Notes under the pieces: generated by a model
What the model was told of the DNA's origin: nothing
Databases searched by the model: none
What the model saw: the letters and a program-made list of their open reading frames with translations, nothing else
Made by a program: the position numbers and the translations under genes
Part shown: one piece after another, positions 1 through 10,175 of the stretch
How the letters are laid out: each line of letters starts with the position of its first letter
How positions within the stretch are numbered: the first letter of the stretch is position 1
Assembly (NCBI GenBank): GCA_964408085.1
Contig: CAYOYB010000006.1
Location: 70,444-134,443, forward strand
Direction: 5' to 3'
DNA: 64,000 nucleotides
Source of the DNA: an uncultured Muribaculaceae bacterium
GTDB lineage: Bacteria > Bacillota_I > Bacilli_A > RF39 > UBA660

Positions 1-969
1 TAATCTTCCAACAAAAGGATCTGTCATAACCTTAAATGCTAAAGCAGCAAATGGTTCATTATCAGATGGATGTCTTTCAATTTCATTACCATCCATATCA
101 ACACCTTTAATAGATGCAATATCAGTTGGAGATGGTAAGTAATCTAAAACTGCATCAAGCAATAATTTAACACCCATATTTCCTAAAGCTGTACCACAAA
201 GTACTGGGAAGAATTCAGCTTGTAATGTTCCTTTTCTGATTGCTTTCTTAATTAAATCAATAGAAACTTCTTCACCCTCTAAATATTTATTCATTAATTC
301 ATCATCAAATTCAGCAACTGCTTCAATTAATTCAGTTCTCTTTTCTTCTACTAAATCAACTAAATCGCTAGGAATATCAATGATAGTAGGATTTTCTTCT
401 GGTTTACCATCATATTGGTAAGCTGTTCTAGTAACTAAATCTATAACACCATTAAATTCACTTTCAGCACCAATTGGCCACTCAATAGGTTTAGCATTAA
501 CACCTAAACGACTATCAATTGTACCTAAGCTATATTCAAAGCTTGCACCCATTTTATCCATCTTGTTACAGAAGATTAAACGAGGAACTTTAAATTCACT
601 AGCTTGACGCCAAACTGTTTCTGTTTGTGGTTCAACACCAGCTTGTGCATCTAATAGAGCTACAGCCCCATCTAAAACACGAAGTGATCTTGAAACTTCA
701 ACTGTAAAATCAACGTGTCCTGGAGTATCAATGATATTAAGTCTATGATTTTTCCAAAAAGCTGTTGTTGCTGCTGAAGTAATAGTTATACCACGTTCTT
801 GTTCTTGAGCCATCCAGTCCATTTGTGAAGCACCATCATGTGTTTCTCCAATTTTGTGAATTTTTCCAGTATGGAATAAGACACGTTCAGTACAAGTTGT
901 TTTTCCTGCATCAATATGAGCCATTATTCCAAAGTTACGAGTTTTCTCTAAACTATATTCACGAGCCAT
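1..969 (-). CDS. fusA: Translation elongation factor G, N-terminal 323 codons (3' end lies beyond the window start)
   Basis: Not in the ORF track because it runs off the edge. Reverse-strand translation from the ATG at 967-969 reads [35 protein letters not shown]...[15 protein letters not shown], with GTPase G1 (AHIDAGKT) and G3 (DTPGH) motifs. It directly follows rpsL-rpsG, as in the str operon. Confidence 0.95.
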   Translation of the reverse strand, partial: MAREYSLEKTRNFGIMAHIDAGKTTCTERVLFHTGKIHKIGETHDGASQMDWMAQEQERGITITSAATTAFWKNHRLNIIDTPGHVDFTVEVSRSLRVLDGAVALLDAQAGVEPQTETVWRQASEFKVPRLIFCNKMDKMGASFEYSLGTIDSRLGVNAKPIEWPIGAESEFNGVIDLVTRTAYQYDGKPEENPTIIDIPSDLVDLVEEKRTELIEAVAEFDDELMNKYLEGEEVSIDLIKKAIRKGTLQAEFFPVLCGTALGNMGVKLLLDAVLDYLPSPTDIASIKGVDMDGNEIERHPSDNEPFAALAFKVMTDPFVGRL

Positions 970-996
970 ATTTTTTTCCTTTCAATATTTAATTTA

Positions 997-1464
997 TTAC
1001 CAACGATAATGTGCGAAAGCTTTATTAGCTTCTGCCATTCTATGAGTATCTTCACGTTTTTTAACAGCTGCACCTACACCATTAGATGCATCAATAATTT
1101 CATTTGCTAAATTTTCAGCCATTGAATGTCCACCTCTACCTTTAGCATATTGGACTAACCAACGAAGAGCTAAAGCACGAGCACGATCTGGACGAACTTC
1201 AATTGGAACTTGGTAATTAGCACCACCAACACGACGAGATTTTACTTCCAAAGCTGGTTGAATATTAGCCATTGCTTTTTCAAATACTTCGTTTGGATCT
1301 TGACCAGTTTTTGTTTTAACAATATCAAATGCGTCATATAAAATTGTTTGAGCTACACCTTTTTTTCCATCTTGCATAATTGTATTGATTAATTTTGTAA
1401 CTAATTTTGAATTATATATGGGATCTGGTAAAACATCTCTTTTAACTGCACGTCTTTTACGCAT
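997..1464 (-). CDS. rpsG: 30S ribosomal protein S7 (uS7)
   Basis: 155-aa [30 protein letters not shown]...AFAHYRW, a full-length uS7 pattern. An AGGAGG RBS is just upstream (reverse complement around 1470-1475). It lies between rpsL and fusA. Confidence 0.97.
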   Translation of the reverse strand: MRKRRAVKRDVLPDPIYNSKLVTKLINTIMQDGKKGVAQTILYDAFDIVKTKTGQDPNEVFEKAMANIQPALEVKSRRVGGANYQVPIEVRPDRARALALRWLVQYAKGRGGHSMAENLANEIIDASNGVGAAVKKREDTHRMAEANKAFAHYRW

Positions 1465-1502
1465 AATATCCTCCTTTCATTACTCTGATTTTTTTTAATT
1501 TA

Positions 1503-1922
1503 TTATTTTTTATCTTTTGGTTTTTTAGTTCCATATTTAGAACGACCTTGACGTCTTTTATCAACTCCAGCAGTATCCATAGTACCACGAATAATATGAT
1601 AACGAACACCGATTAAGTCTTTAACACGTCCACCACGAATTAGAACTACACTATGCTCTTGTAAGTTATGTCCTTCTCCAGGAATGTAAGCAGTAACTTC
1701 CATTGTATTAGATAATCTAACACGAGCATATTTACGAAGCGCTGAGTTTGGTTTCTTTGGTGTCATTGTTCCAACACGAGTACATACTCCACGTTTTTGT
1801 GGCGCTGTATTATCAGTTTGTTTTTTCTTACGACTATCGTATCCAACATTTAAAGCAGGAGCTTTAGTTTTTCTCTTTTTGTCAGTTCTTCCTTTTCTAA
1901 TTATTTGATTAATAGTAGGCAT
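1503..1922 (-). CDS. rpsL: 30S ribosomal protein S12 (uS12)
   Basis: The track ORF extends to 1961, but the canonical start [12 protein letters not shown] is the ATG at 1920-1922, with an AGGAGG RBS (reverse complement of 1928-1933). [32 protein letters not shown] is the conserved S12 core. Confidence 0.95.
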   Translation of the reverse strand: MPTINQIIRKGRTDKKRKTKAPALNVGYDSRKKKQTDNTAPQKRGVCTRVGTMTPKKPNSALRKYARVRLSNTMEVTAYIPGEGHNLQEHSVVLIRGGRVKDLIGVRYHIIRGTMDTAGVDKRRQGRSKYGTKKPKDKK

Positions 1923-2051
1923 TGGTATCCTCCTTTCATTACACACATCCAGGTGTTTCATTTTTTCCCTTAATTAAAGATTTACCTAAGTAAACCTTTA
2001 ACGAATGCATTAATAATATATCACTTCTATTATATGTTTGTCAATCTTTTT

Positions 2052-2732
2052 TTATGCAGATTCACTAAATGTATTTATATTAAGATTGTTAGGCTTAAAA
2101 CGATATAAATTTGCAGGTCTACCTGCATACCCTTCGTTTTTATCACCTGTTGATTCAATAAGCTCTGAATTCAATATTTTTTTACGAAAATTTCTACGAT
2201 CAATCTTAATTCTTGTTAATTGCTCATAAACGCTTTGAAGTTCTGGTAAAGTAAAATCACTTGGAAACAAATATTTTAAAAATGAATAATCATCTAATTT
2301 ACCTTTTAATAAATCAATTGCTTTATTTAAAATAATATCATGGTCATAACCCATCTTTGGAATTGAATCAATACTAAACCAATCTGTTTCATAATCTTCT
2401 ACTTCTACTCTTTTTAATTTAACAGTTACATTATCAATTAAGCCAAGAAAACTAAAAGCTATAACTCTTCCTTCTGGATTTCTATCTAAATTACTAAAAG
2501 AATTAGCTTGTTCTAAATACATAGAAGATAATCCTATTTTATCTAATATTGCGTCAGTTATACAGTCTTCTAGTGATTCATCATTTCTAACAAATTCACC
2601 TGGTAAAGTCCAATACCCTTTATATGGTTCTGTTTTTTTTCGAAGCAATAAAACCTTTAGTTCACTATCCTCAACTGTAAATATACTAACTAAGGTTTCA
2701 ATTATATTATTATAATTTTTACCTGGATTCAT
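2052..2732 (-). CDS. Nudix-fold protein with a C-terminal winged-helix-like tail (NrtR-type Nudix-related regulator, tentative)
   Basis: The track ORF (to 2771) begins at a TTG. The internal ATG at 2730-2732 has a GGAAG RBS and gives 226 aa. The Nudix box is degenerate: GYWTLPGEFVRNDESLEDCITDAILDKIGL lacks the REx2EE core. The C-terminal segment TLPELQSVYEQLTRIKIDRRNFRKKIL resembles the wHTH of NrtR-like regulators. Confidence 0.5.
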   Translation of the reverse strand: MNPGKNYNNIIETLVSIFTVEDSELKVLLLRKKTEPYKGYWTLPGEFVRNDESLEDCITDAILDKIGLSSMYLEQANSFSNLDRNPEGRVIAFSFLGLIDNVTVKLKRVEVEDYETDWFSIDSIPKMGYDHDIILNKAIDLLKGKLDDYSFLKYLFPSDFTLPELQSVYEQLTRIKIDRRNFRKKILNSELIESTGDKNEGYAGRPANLYRFKPNNLNINTFSESA

Positions 2733-2832
2733 TTTAACACTTCCTTCGTGTTTTTTAATATATGATTTCAATTGTATAAAATTTTTTTCATTTTGTCAAA
2801 TGTTTTTTATTTAAAGTGGTTAATTTATATTG

Positions 2833-3432
2833 TTAATATTTTTTATAAAATATACTTATAATTCTACAAAAATTATATAAAATTATATTACTTTTATTAA
2901 TCGCATAACTTTTAAATAAAGCTTTACCACCTATTGTTAAAGCTGAAATTATAGCCATTACAATTAATGTAATAAAAAAAGCATTCATATTTAATTTAAT
3001 TGATAAATTAGCCGATACAATAGCGCCAGCTGAACCCGATACAATCCCACAAATATCTCCTATAACATCATTACAAAATGAGCTAACTTTATCAGAATTT
3101 TTTTTAAACTTAATAGCTAATTTGGCCCCTTTAACTTTTCTAGCTCCCATCGAATGAAACGGTACAGGGTCAGCACTAGCAACACTCATACCTATCATAT
3201 CAAAGATAATACCAATAATAATAAATAAAATGACCAATAATATTCCAACAACAATGTCAACATTAGGAATAATAATTTCTGACGCAAATGAAAAGCCAAA
3301 AGAAATAAAGAATGCTAAAATAGATATTTTTATAACCCAACGAATATTAGTCAAACTTTTATTTTTCTTCTCTTTTCTTAAAGTTTGTTTTTTTAAATTA
3401 GTAAATTCACTTTCGATTTTTTTCTTTTTCAT
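2833..3432 (-). CDS. Multi-pass membrane protein, function unknown (possible DUF21/CNNM-like TM module)
   Basis: 199-aa ORF with a basic N-terminus (MKKKKIESEF...) and about 4 hydrophobic helices. The loop FHSMGARKVKGAKLAIKFKKNSDKV vaguely resembles the DUF21 loop. No confident family call. Confidence 0.45.
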   Translation of the reverse strand: MKKKKIESEFTNLKKQTLRKEKKNKSLTNIRWVIKISILAFFISFGFSFASEIIIPNVDIVVGILLVILFIIIGIIFDMIGMSVASADPVPFHSMGARKVKGAKLAIKFKKNSDKVSSFCNDVIGDICGIVSGSAGAIVSANLSIKLNMNAFFITLIVMAIISALTIGGKALFKSYAINKSNIILYNFCRIISIFYKKY

Positions 3433-3498
3433 ATCTAACCTCTACTTTAATGCTTTTCGATAATTATCAATTAAGAACTTATCAGTTGGTTCTTTAGT

Positions 3499-4188
3499 TC
3501 ATAAAACCATTGTATCACAAATATTTTTGTAATCATCATTTAACTCAAAGCATCTATCAAATTCTTCTAAGAATGGCTCATTAACATTTAAACCTTCTAA
3601 TTTAATTATTATTTCAAATGTTAAAAGATTAAATAAAAATATATCCAATTCTTTATTAACACCATATCTATTTATATAACTTGCAGCCTCACGACTACAC
3701 CACTTTTTATTAATTTCAAAATTATTATAAGAACTGTTGTCAAAATCACCTATACTAGGCATAAGAGTTTCTAGATTTACCCATATGTTACCAGTATGAA
3801 TATCTCCATGAATTATTCCATGATTATGTAAATTTATAATATGATTTTTTAAAGTCTTTATAATACCAATCATTATATCCTTATTTTCATTGTTAATAAA
3901 TTCTACATAATATTTTCCTAGAGTATAATGTTCAACCCACCTAGTTAAATATGTAATTGGCTTATGATTATTATCAATTGCTAAATATTCAGGTAAAATA
4001 CTACCACTAATATTTAAATCACCAAGTGCCTTAATTTTTTCTAATATGATATAAAACATATATCCATTATCAAAACTCTTGTAAGCATAAGCTATCCCAC
4101 CCAAAAAACATCTATGTATCTTTGAAAAATGACCATAGTCAACAGAATATTCAAAATTTTGTAACTTTGCAATTTCTATTTCTTTCAT
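3499..4188 (-). CDS. Mini kinase-fold phosphotransferase (APH/ChoK/CotS-like), distal paralog
   Basis: 229 aa. Motifs: lysine motif IAYAYKSF, catalytic loop GIIHGDIHTGNIWVN, metal-binding IGDFDNS. GGTGGTG RBS upstream. Paralogous to 4300-5037. Confidence 0.6.
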   Translation of the reverse strand: MKEIEIAKLQNFEYSVDYGHFSKIHRCFLGGIAYAYKSFDNGYMFYIILEKIKALGDLNISGSILPEYLAIDNNHKPITYLTRWVEHYTLGKYYVEFINNENKDIMIGIIKTLKNHIINLHNHGIIHGDIHTGNIWVNLETLMPSIGDFDNSSYNNFEINKKWCSREAASYINRYGVNKELDIFLFNLLTFEIIIKLEGLNVNEPFLEEFDRCFELNDDYKNICDTMVL

Positions 4189-4261
4189 ACTAGCACCACC
4201 AAACTGATTAACTAATTTCTATTATTACCATCATAAATTAATGCTTCATATAATAAATCAA
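4189..4261 (-). pseudogene. Relic of the RBS plus last ~16 codons of the 149-aa gene (duplication scar)
   Basis: 4189-4261 aligns with 5038-5110 at about 65/73 identities (hand count). In the 5038-5110 copy this stretch is the kinase RBS plus the 3' end of CDS 5061-5510 (...LLYEALIYESNNKN*). The relic reads ...DLLYEALIYDGNNRN*, and similarity is lost beyond that. Confidence 0.8.
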
Positions 4262-4299
4262 ATTTATAAATTACTTTCAATTGTCCTCTTACATAAACT

Positions 4300-5037
4300 T
4301 TATTTTAATACTTTTTGATAGTTATCAATTAAGAATTTATTTGTTGGTTTTTTAGCCTGTAAAAGCATTGTATCACAAATATCTTTGTAATCATCATTCT
4401 CTAAAAAATATTTATTTCTTCCTTTTATAATATTTTCTTTAACCATAGTGTAATTTATCAAATTATTCATTACTTGAAACGTCAAATAATTAAATAAATA
4501 TATATCTAATCCATTATTAATACCATATACACTTATATAAAATTTAGCAAACCAAGTACAATACTCAGGATTCATTTTAAACCTCTTACAAGCACAATTA
4601 TCAAAATCAATAATACTTGCTAAACAAGTAATAGGATTCACTAATATATTTTTGTCATGAATATCACCATGAATTATACCCTTTTTATGCAAAGCCAAAA
4701 TATTATACTTTAAATTATTTAAAATATTAACTATTGTATTTATATTTCCTTCATTAATATATTCCTGTAGAGTATAATCATAACCCCACCAAGATAAATA
4801 CGTAATTGGATTATAATTATTATCAACTACTAAATATTCAGGTAAAATACTGCCTTTGATATTAAAATCTCCTAATTTTATAATTTTTGGACAGATTTCT
4901 AGCATCATACTTGCATTTCTAAAATCCTTATAAGCATAAGTCCTATCGTTATATGAACATTTATATATTCTTGAATAATAACCACTATTATTACAAATTT
5001 CAAAATTTTTTAATTCATCTTTCTTTACAACTTTCAT
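4300..5037 (-). CDS. Mini kinase-fold phosphotransferase (APH/ChoK/CotS-like), proximal paralog
   Basis: 245 aa. Motifs: RTYAYKDF lysine motif, GIIHGDIHDKNILVN catalytic loop, IIDFDNC metal-binding motif. No glycine-rich loop. Confidence 0.6.
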   Translation of the reverse strand: MKVVKKDELKNFEICNNSGYYSRIYKCSYNDRTYAYKDFRNASMMLEICPKIIKLGDFNIKGSILPEYLVVDNNYNPITYLSWWGYDYTLQEYINEGNINTIVNILNNLKYNILALHKKGIIHGDIHDKNILVNPITCLASIIDFDNCACKRFKMNPEYCTWFAKFYISVYGINNGLDIYLFNYLTFQVMNNLINYTMVKENIIKGRNKYFLENDDYKDICDTMLLQAKKPTNKFLIDNYQKVLK

Positions 5038-5060
5038 ATTAGCACCACCAAAATGATTAA

Positions 5061-5510
5061 CTAATTTTTATTATTGCTCTCATAAATTAAAGCTTCATAT
5101 AACAAATCAACAATGTGATTGCTTGGCTCTAATTTATATTTTTCTATAACTTGCTCAATTATATTATCATTATATTCCATGTTTAAATATTTAAAAACTG
5201 ATTCTTTTTTATTATTAAGCTCTCCTAAATAATTTAATGTATATGAATTATCAATAATTAATAAATCATAATTTTTACACCACTTTTTAAAAGCTGACAT
5301 AATTTTTTTCGTTGAATTTTTATAAATAAACTTATCCTTATCATAACTTATCATTTTAACTAAATCACGATATGGTATTTTATTTTCATTAAGGCGATAA
5401 TCAAAACGATCTATTAATTCTAAATCATGAATTTTTAAAGCTGATAGTTGAACAACATCACCATCTTTAGTTGCAGTTGGAATAATTTCTAATATTATAT
5501 ACTTTTCCAT
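5061..5510 (-). CDS. Hypothetical 149-aa protein; weak PolC/DnaQ-like exonuclease-fold resemblance with non-conserved catalytic acids
   Basis: MEKYIILEIIPTATKDGDVVQLSALKIHDLELIDRFDY... parallels the xVVFDIETTG...IIEIGAVKI..GEIIDRF layout of PolC-type exonuclease domains. The first Asp is replaced (ILEI), and the ExoII/III motifs are unclear (LLIIDNSYTLNYL; SNHIVDLL). GAGGTG RBS. Confidence 0.35.
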   Translation of the reverse strand: MEKYIILEIIPTATKDGDVVQLSALKIHDLELIDRFDYRLNENKIPYRDLVKMISYDKDKFIYKNSTKKIMSAFKKWCKNYDLLIIDNSYTLNYLGELNNKKESVFKYLNMEYNDNIIEQVIEKYKLEPSNHIVDLLYEALIYESNNKN

Positions 5511-5536
5511 ATGCTCACCTCATTTTAATATTAACT

Positions 5537-5565
5537 ATTATATCACTAGTACTTAATTTTGTAAA
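5537..5565 (-). promoter_or_regulatory. Predicted sigmaA promoter for the 149-aa/kinase module
   Basis: Minus strand reads TTTACA (5565-5560), a 17-nt spacer, then the extended -10 TGATATAAT (5545-5537). Two 13-bp direct repeats TTTGTAAAATTAA (plus-strand 5558-5570 and 5573-5585) overlap the -35. Confidence 0.5.
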
Positions 5566-5680
5566 ATTAATATTTGTAAAATTAAAAATTTAAACGATAG
5601 TGTAAATTGTTTTGAGGATGGATACAAAAAAAGAAGACTTTTTATTAAAATGTAGTTGTACAAAACATTTCAATTTTCAT

Positions 5681-5706
5681 ATAAAAAAAGTGGCATTACA
5701 CCACTT
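5681..5706 (-). terminator. Rho-independent terminator downstream of 5807-6484
   Basis: Minus strand reads AAGTGG-TGTAATG-CCACTT followed by TTTTTTTAT (stem 5688-5693 / 5701-5706). Confidence 0.7.
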
Positions 5707-5806
5707 GGGAGATGTTTCACTTATAATACTCGAAGATTAGGGAAAAATTGATACACTTAGTCCTAAATGAACAAATAAAAAGTATAACATTAAGCTATAC
5801 TCGATC

Positions 5807-6484
5807 TTATCTTCTACCTTTGAATAATATGTTAACATCACCACTCATAGAACTTACTTCCAATTCATGCTTTTCACTTAACAATGTAGGTGATATCGTT
5901 TCAATTGAGTTTTGAATTGTTTTCCCACTAATTGATTTTAAGTAAGTTCTATAGTTCATAATTGACTCTAATATTTTGGCATCAATATCACCACTCATTG
6001 TTTCAAGTTTACCAAATAATAAGTCAATATCATTTAATGTAATATCACCACTCATTGTTTTAACAACTAACCTTGAAAATACTAAATCTTCAATAGTTAA
6101 ACCACCAGCACTTGTATCAACTCTAAATGTTTGAATTTGTGATTTTTTAAGTACTATAAGTTCAACATTACTGGCTTCACCAAAACTAAAAGATGTTATA
6201 TTATCTACATTTCCAGAAATAATTTTACAATTATTTATTGTAATGCTACTTCTGCCACTAGAAAACATAGTAATACCATTTCCAACACTTATAGAAACAC
6301 CATTATTTCTTGATTGGCACTCTTTAATTACAGCCTCATTATATCTTTCACTAACATCGATTTCACCAGTAGTTCTAACTATTGGAACTTCTATATTATC
6401 TGGATATATTGAGATATCAGCAGTAGCCACATCAATAGTAATTGAATTAACATTTTCACCTAATTTAATTTCATTTTTTGCCAT
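5807..6484 (-). CDS. DUF4097-like putative adhesin / LiaG-YvlB-type beta-rich protein
   Basis: 225 aa with recurring MSGDI(T/D/N) and ISGK strand motifs (KTMSGDITLNDIDL, ETMSGDIDAKI, SSMSGDVNILF), typical of DUF4097 repeats. Downstream of an XRE-TM regulator. Confidence 0.55.
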   Translation of the reverse strand: MAKNEIKLGENVNSITIDVATADISIYPDNIEVPIVRTTGEIDVSERYNEAVIKECQSRNNGVSISVGNGITMFSSGRSSITINNCKIISGNVDNITSFSFGEASNVELIVLKKSQIQTFRVDTSAGGLTIEDLVFSRLVVKTMSGDITLNDIDLLFGKLETMSGDIDAKILESIMNYRTYLKSISGKTIQNSIETISPTLLSEKHELEVSSMSGDVNILFKGRR

Positions 6485-6552
6485 TGTAATTTTCCCCCTT
6501 TTTAAATAAGATAGGAATTATTCTAACATTTTTATATCAAAATGTCAATTTT

Positions 6553-7371
6553 TTAGCCGAATAATCGACTAGACGCTAAAACTTTATAATTAATTTTAAA
6601 TTTTTCTTGAGTAAAATTTTGATTAGAATCAGTATAAGTAATTATAATTGTCATATTACTAGGAAATTTATCACGTTCTAAAATACCATACCAATTATCA
6701 ACATTAGAATCTTGTGTAATAAATTGACTATTACGAAAATTATTAAGCCACTCATAAAATGTTTGATTAAATGTATTATATTTATTAAAACTACTACCAA
6801 ACCTACCTCCCATATTATCAAAAAGTACTGTTATCTCGGCTCTTTCAATTGTATCTATATCTAACTCTGAATCATTTTTAAGATAAAACCAGCCAATATT
6901 AAAAATATTACCATTATTAGAATAAACAACATCTCCCTCAGCAAAGCCAAAATTTTCTGATTCGCCATCAAACTGATAAACAACGATTTTATTATAATTA
7001 TTATAAAAGAATATTCCCAAAATAAATAGTAAAGATGCTAATAAAATTATTGATAAAGTAATAATAATTTTATTTCTTTTCTTCATTCTTTTTTTATCCA
7101 TATTTAAATTATCAATAATAACCCTATCAGCACACTCTAATTTTTCATTATCAATACGTTCTCCATTTATTAATTCTGTCACACTGACATTAAGAATATT
7201 AGAAAGACTCTCCAAAATTGAAACATCAGGAATACTATTGCCAGTTTCCCATTTACTAACTGCTTTATCAGTAATATATAGTTTTTCAGCTAAATCTTTT
7301 TGAGTCATATTTAATTCTAATCTTAAACTTTGAATAAATTTTCCAATTTTTTTATTATTCATCCCCATCAC
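6553..7371 (-). CDS. Membrane-anchored XRE-family HTH transcriptional regulator
   Basis: N-terminal HTH_3 (MTQKDLAEKLYITDKAVSKWETGNSIPDVSILESLSNILNVSVTELI), a single TM helix (IIITLSIILLASLLFILGIFFY), and a ~150-aa extracytoplasmic C-terminal domain. Confidence 0.8.
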   Translation of the reverse strand: MMGMNNKKIGKFIQSLRLELNMTQKDLAEKLYITDKAVSKWETGNSIPDVSILESLSNILNVSVTELINGERIDNEKLECADRVIIDNLNMDKKRMKKRNKIIITLSIILLASLLFILGIFFYNNYNKIVVYQFDGESENFGFAEGDVVYSNNGNIFNIGWFYLKNDSELDIDTIERAEITVLFDNMGGRFGSSFNKYNTFNQTFYEWLNNFRNSQFITQDSNVDNWYGILERDKFPSNMTIIITYTDSNQNFTQEKFKINYKVLASSRLFG

Positions 7372-7430
7372 CCAAAAAAATATATCATTAAGATATACTT
7401 TTGTAAATCGAATATTAGTAGAGTTATAAT

Positions 7431-8267
7431 TTATAGAAACATACTAACTAAATCAATTAAAATACCACTTATAACACCTATTACATAAATAAGTAATAAA
7501 ATAAACATATTTTCTTTTAAATTTTTATTATTCTTAAATAATACTAAAATTCCTACTCCACTACCAGTTAATAAACCAGCCATAGCTGAACCAAATGTTA
7601 TTGTACCATTCAAATATAATTCTGTAATGATAATACTAGATCCACAATTAGGTATTAGACCAACTAAACTAGATATTAATGATGATAATGGATTATTTTT
7701 TAAAAATATTTTAGAAATTAATTCTTCACCCAAATAATGAAAACAAGTATTTAGTATAAAAGAAATTATAAGTAAAAAAACTAAAATATTAATTGTATGT
7801 TTTAAAGAAGATAAGATAATGCTGTTACTACAATCACAATTTTCGTGTTCGCATAATTCTTTTATTTCAGAACTTTGTTTTTTTCTTCTTAAAAATAAAT
7901 CAATAATAATACCAAAAAATATACCTATGATAACTTTAAGTGTAATTATTTTAAAAATTGTAAAACCATCAATCCCCTCTGCTAACATAATTGGTAACAT
8001 TTCATCACTTGTAGATAAATAAACAGCAATTAAAGTTCCTAGGCTTATGACTCTTGTAATATAGAAATTAGTTGCTGAAACACCAAAACCACATTGTGGG
8101 AAAGCTCCTAATAAACCACCAAGTATTGGTCCATACTTTTTAGTTTTTTTTATTATTTTTTCGCTATCTAATTTATGTTCTATATATTCAATAATTAAAA
8201 ATGTCAAAAACAAAAATGGTAATAATTTTAAACCATCTTTTAATGTATCAATTATAACATCTAACAT
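7431..8267 (-). CDS. Multi-pass permease, probably the putative metal (Mn/heavy-metal, ArsP_2-like) transporter family
   Basis: The track ORF starts at a TTG (8288). The ATG at 8265-8267 has an AGGGG RBS. MLDVIIDTLKDGLKLLPFLFLTFLIIEYIEHK resembles the N-terminus of that family. There is a Cys/His-rich cytosolic loop (CEHENCDCS) and about 8-10 TM helices. Confidence 0.45.
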   Translation of the reverse strand: MLDVIIDTLKDGLKLLPFLFLTFLIIEYIEHKLDSEKIIKKTKKYGPILGGLLGAFPQCGFGVSATNFYITRVISLGTLIAVYLSTSDEMLPIMLAEGIDGFTIFKIITLKVIIGIFFGIIIDLFLRRKKQSSEIKELCEHENCDCSNSIILSSLKHTINILVFLLIISFILNTCFHYLGEELISKIFLKNNPLSSLISSLVGLIPNCGSSIIITELYLNGTITFGSAMAGLLTGSGVGILVLFKNNKNLKENMFILLLIYVIGVISGILIDLVSMFL

Positions 8268-8337
8268 ATTTAATTCCCCTTTATACAAAATTCAATGTTT
8301 TAAATTTACCATTTTTTTACTTTTTAGTCAATAATAA

Positions 8338-10029
8338 TTATAAACAAATATTCTTAATCTTTTCTATTACCTCTTGAGCATTCATATCAATTGAAGATTC
8401 ATCTGTTCTTAATTTAAATTCAACTATATTTTCACTTGCTTTTTTACCTACTGTCAAACGAACTGGTATACCAATTAAATCCATATCATTAAATTTAACA
8501 CCAGGTCTTTCATTTCTATTATCATAAATAACTGAAATATTATTGCTAATTAAATCATCATATAATTTATCAGCAAGACATTTTTGGTTTTCATCATTTT
8601 CATTTATTAAGACAATTGCTACTTTATATGGAGCAATACTAATTGGCCAAATAAGTCCAAATTCATCATTATTTTGTTCAGCAACAGCTGCCATAACTCT
8701 TTCAATACCAATACCATAAGAGCCCATTTGAACATATTGTTGTGTATTGTTTTGATCTAAATACTGTAAGCCTAAACTTTTAGAATACTTATCACCTAAT
8801 TTAAAAGTATTACCAACCTCAATACCTTTAGTAAAATATAATTTACCACCACAATTAGGACAAGTATCTCCCTCTTTAACATTTACAATATCAGCAATTA
8901 AATCATAATTAAAATCGCTTAAATTGACATTAATATAGTGATAATCAGTTTTATTTGCGCCAACTAAAAAGTTTTTCATATATTGAACTTCACGATCAAT
9001 AATAATTTTTATTTTTAAGTCAATTGGTCCTGCAAAACCAATTTTGGCTCCTGTTACATCTTTTACTTCTTCTTCACTAGCTAGTACAACTTCAGGAACA
9101 TCTAAAAGCTTAGATAATTTTACCTCATTTAATTCACGATTACCTTTAATAAGACAAGCTACAAGTTCACTACCTGCTTTGTATATCAAAGTTTTAACTG
9201 TTTTTTTACTGTCAATATTTAAACTTTTTTCTAAATCAGCAATTGAACCTATATTAGGTGTATTAATTAATTCTTTTGTTTTTTCTTCTTCCTTAGAATT
9301 ATTAGATAAAGAAACACATTCACTAATTTCAATATTAGATGCATAATCACAAGTATCACATAAAACTAATGTATCTTCACCAATATCAGTTACAGCTTGA
9401 AATTCTTCAGAAAGTAAACCTCCCATTGCACCTGTATCAGCTCTTACAATTTTATAATTAACACCAATGCGAGTAAATATATTTTTATAGGCATTAAACA
9501 TTATTTCATAAGCTTTATCTAAAGCTTCTAAATCAGTATCAAAACTATAAGCATCTTTCATTGTAAATTCACGTGTACGAATAAGACCATATCTAGGACG
9601 TGTTTCATCTCTAAATTTAGTTCGAACTTGATATAAATTAAAAGGCATATCTTTATAAGACTTTATTTGACTTTTAGCCATTTCAACAAATAATTCTTCA
9701 TGAGTTGGTCCTAAAGAATAAGGTCTATTATAGCGATCATTTAAAGTAAACATATTATCGCCAAATATCATTCTACGTCCACTATTAATATATATTTCTT
9801 CTGGTATTAAAGAAGGCATACTAACCTCCATTGCGCCTGATGCGTCCATTTCATCACGAACAATATCTTCAATATTTTTAATAACTCTTCTTCCAAGTGG
9901 TGTATACATATAAATACCATTGCTATTTTTTTTAATCATACCACTTTTTACAAGTAATTTACCACTAACTGATTCCTCATCTTTAATATCTTCTCTAATT
10001 GTATAAAAAAAATTGTTTTTTAATTTCAT
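8338..10029 (-). CDS. proS: Prolyl-tRNA synthetase (bacterial type with editing INS domain)
   Basis: 563 aa. Class II motifs (FRDETRPRYGLIRTREFTMKDAYSF; GSYGIGIERVMAAV), an insertion domain, and a C-terminal anticodon-binding domain. Confidence 0.95.
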   Translation of the reverse strand: MKLKNNFFYTIREDIKDEESVSGKLLVKSGMIKKNSNGIYMYTPLGRRVIKNIEDIVRDEMDASGAMEVSMPSLIPEEIYINSGRRMIFGDNMFTLNDRYNRPYSLGPTHEELFVEMAKSQIKSYKDMPFNLYQVRTKFRDETRPRYGLIRTREFTMKDAYSFDTDLEALDKAYEIMFNAYKNIFTRIGVNYKIVRADTGAMGGLLSEEFQAVTDIGEDTLVLCDTCDYASNIEISECVSLSNNSKEEEKTKELINTPNIGSIADLEKSLNIDSKKTVKTLIYKAGSELVACLIKGNRELNEVKLSKLLDVPEVVLASEEEVKDVTGAKIGFAGPIDLKIKIIIDREVQYMKNFLVGANKTDYHYINVNLSDFNYDLIADIVNVKEGDTCPNCGGKLYFTKGIEVGNTFKLGDKYSKSLGLQYLDQNNTQQYVQMGSYGIGIERVMAAVAEQNNDEFGLIWPISIAPYKVAIVLINENDENQKCLADKLYDDLISNNISVIYDNRNERPGVKFNDMDLIGIPVRLTVGKKASENIVEFKLRTDESSIDMNAQEVIEKIKNICL

Positions 10030-10175
10030 ATTATCATCCCGTCTAATAATTTTTCTTACTTTATTATACTATGTTTTTTTATAAAAATATAGTATTTATT
10101 ATTTTTTTGAATATTATTAAAAATACGATATATATGATTTAGAAAAATGTAAAGAAATAAAAATTAAATTAATAT

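Noticed and set aside
2733-2771. N-terminal extensions proposed by the ORF track. Examples: 1923-1961 on rpsL, 2733-2771, 8268-8288, 10384-10443, 10832-10891, 13183-13230, 14591-14608, 15352-15387, 16137-16169, 24511-24567, 29951-30007, 30055-30087, 36071-36085, 36839-36895, 44497-44523.
   Set aside because: The extensions start at TTG or poorly placed codons and lack an RBS. They encode atypical hydrophobic or Tyr-rich leaders. Downstream ATGs have GGAGG-like RBSs at 6-9 nt and match the conserved family N-termini.
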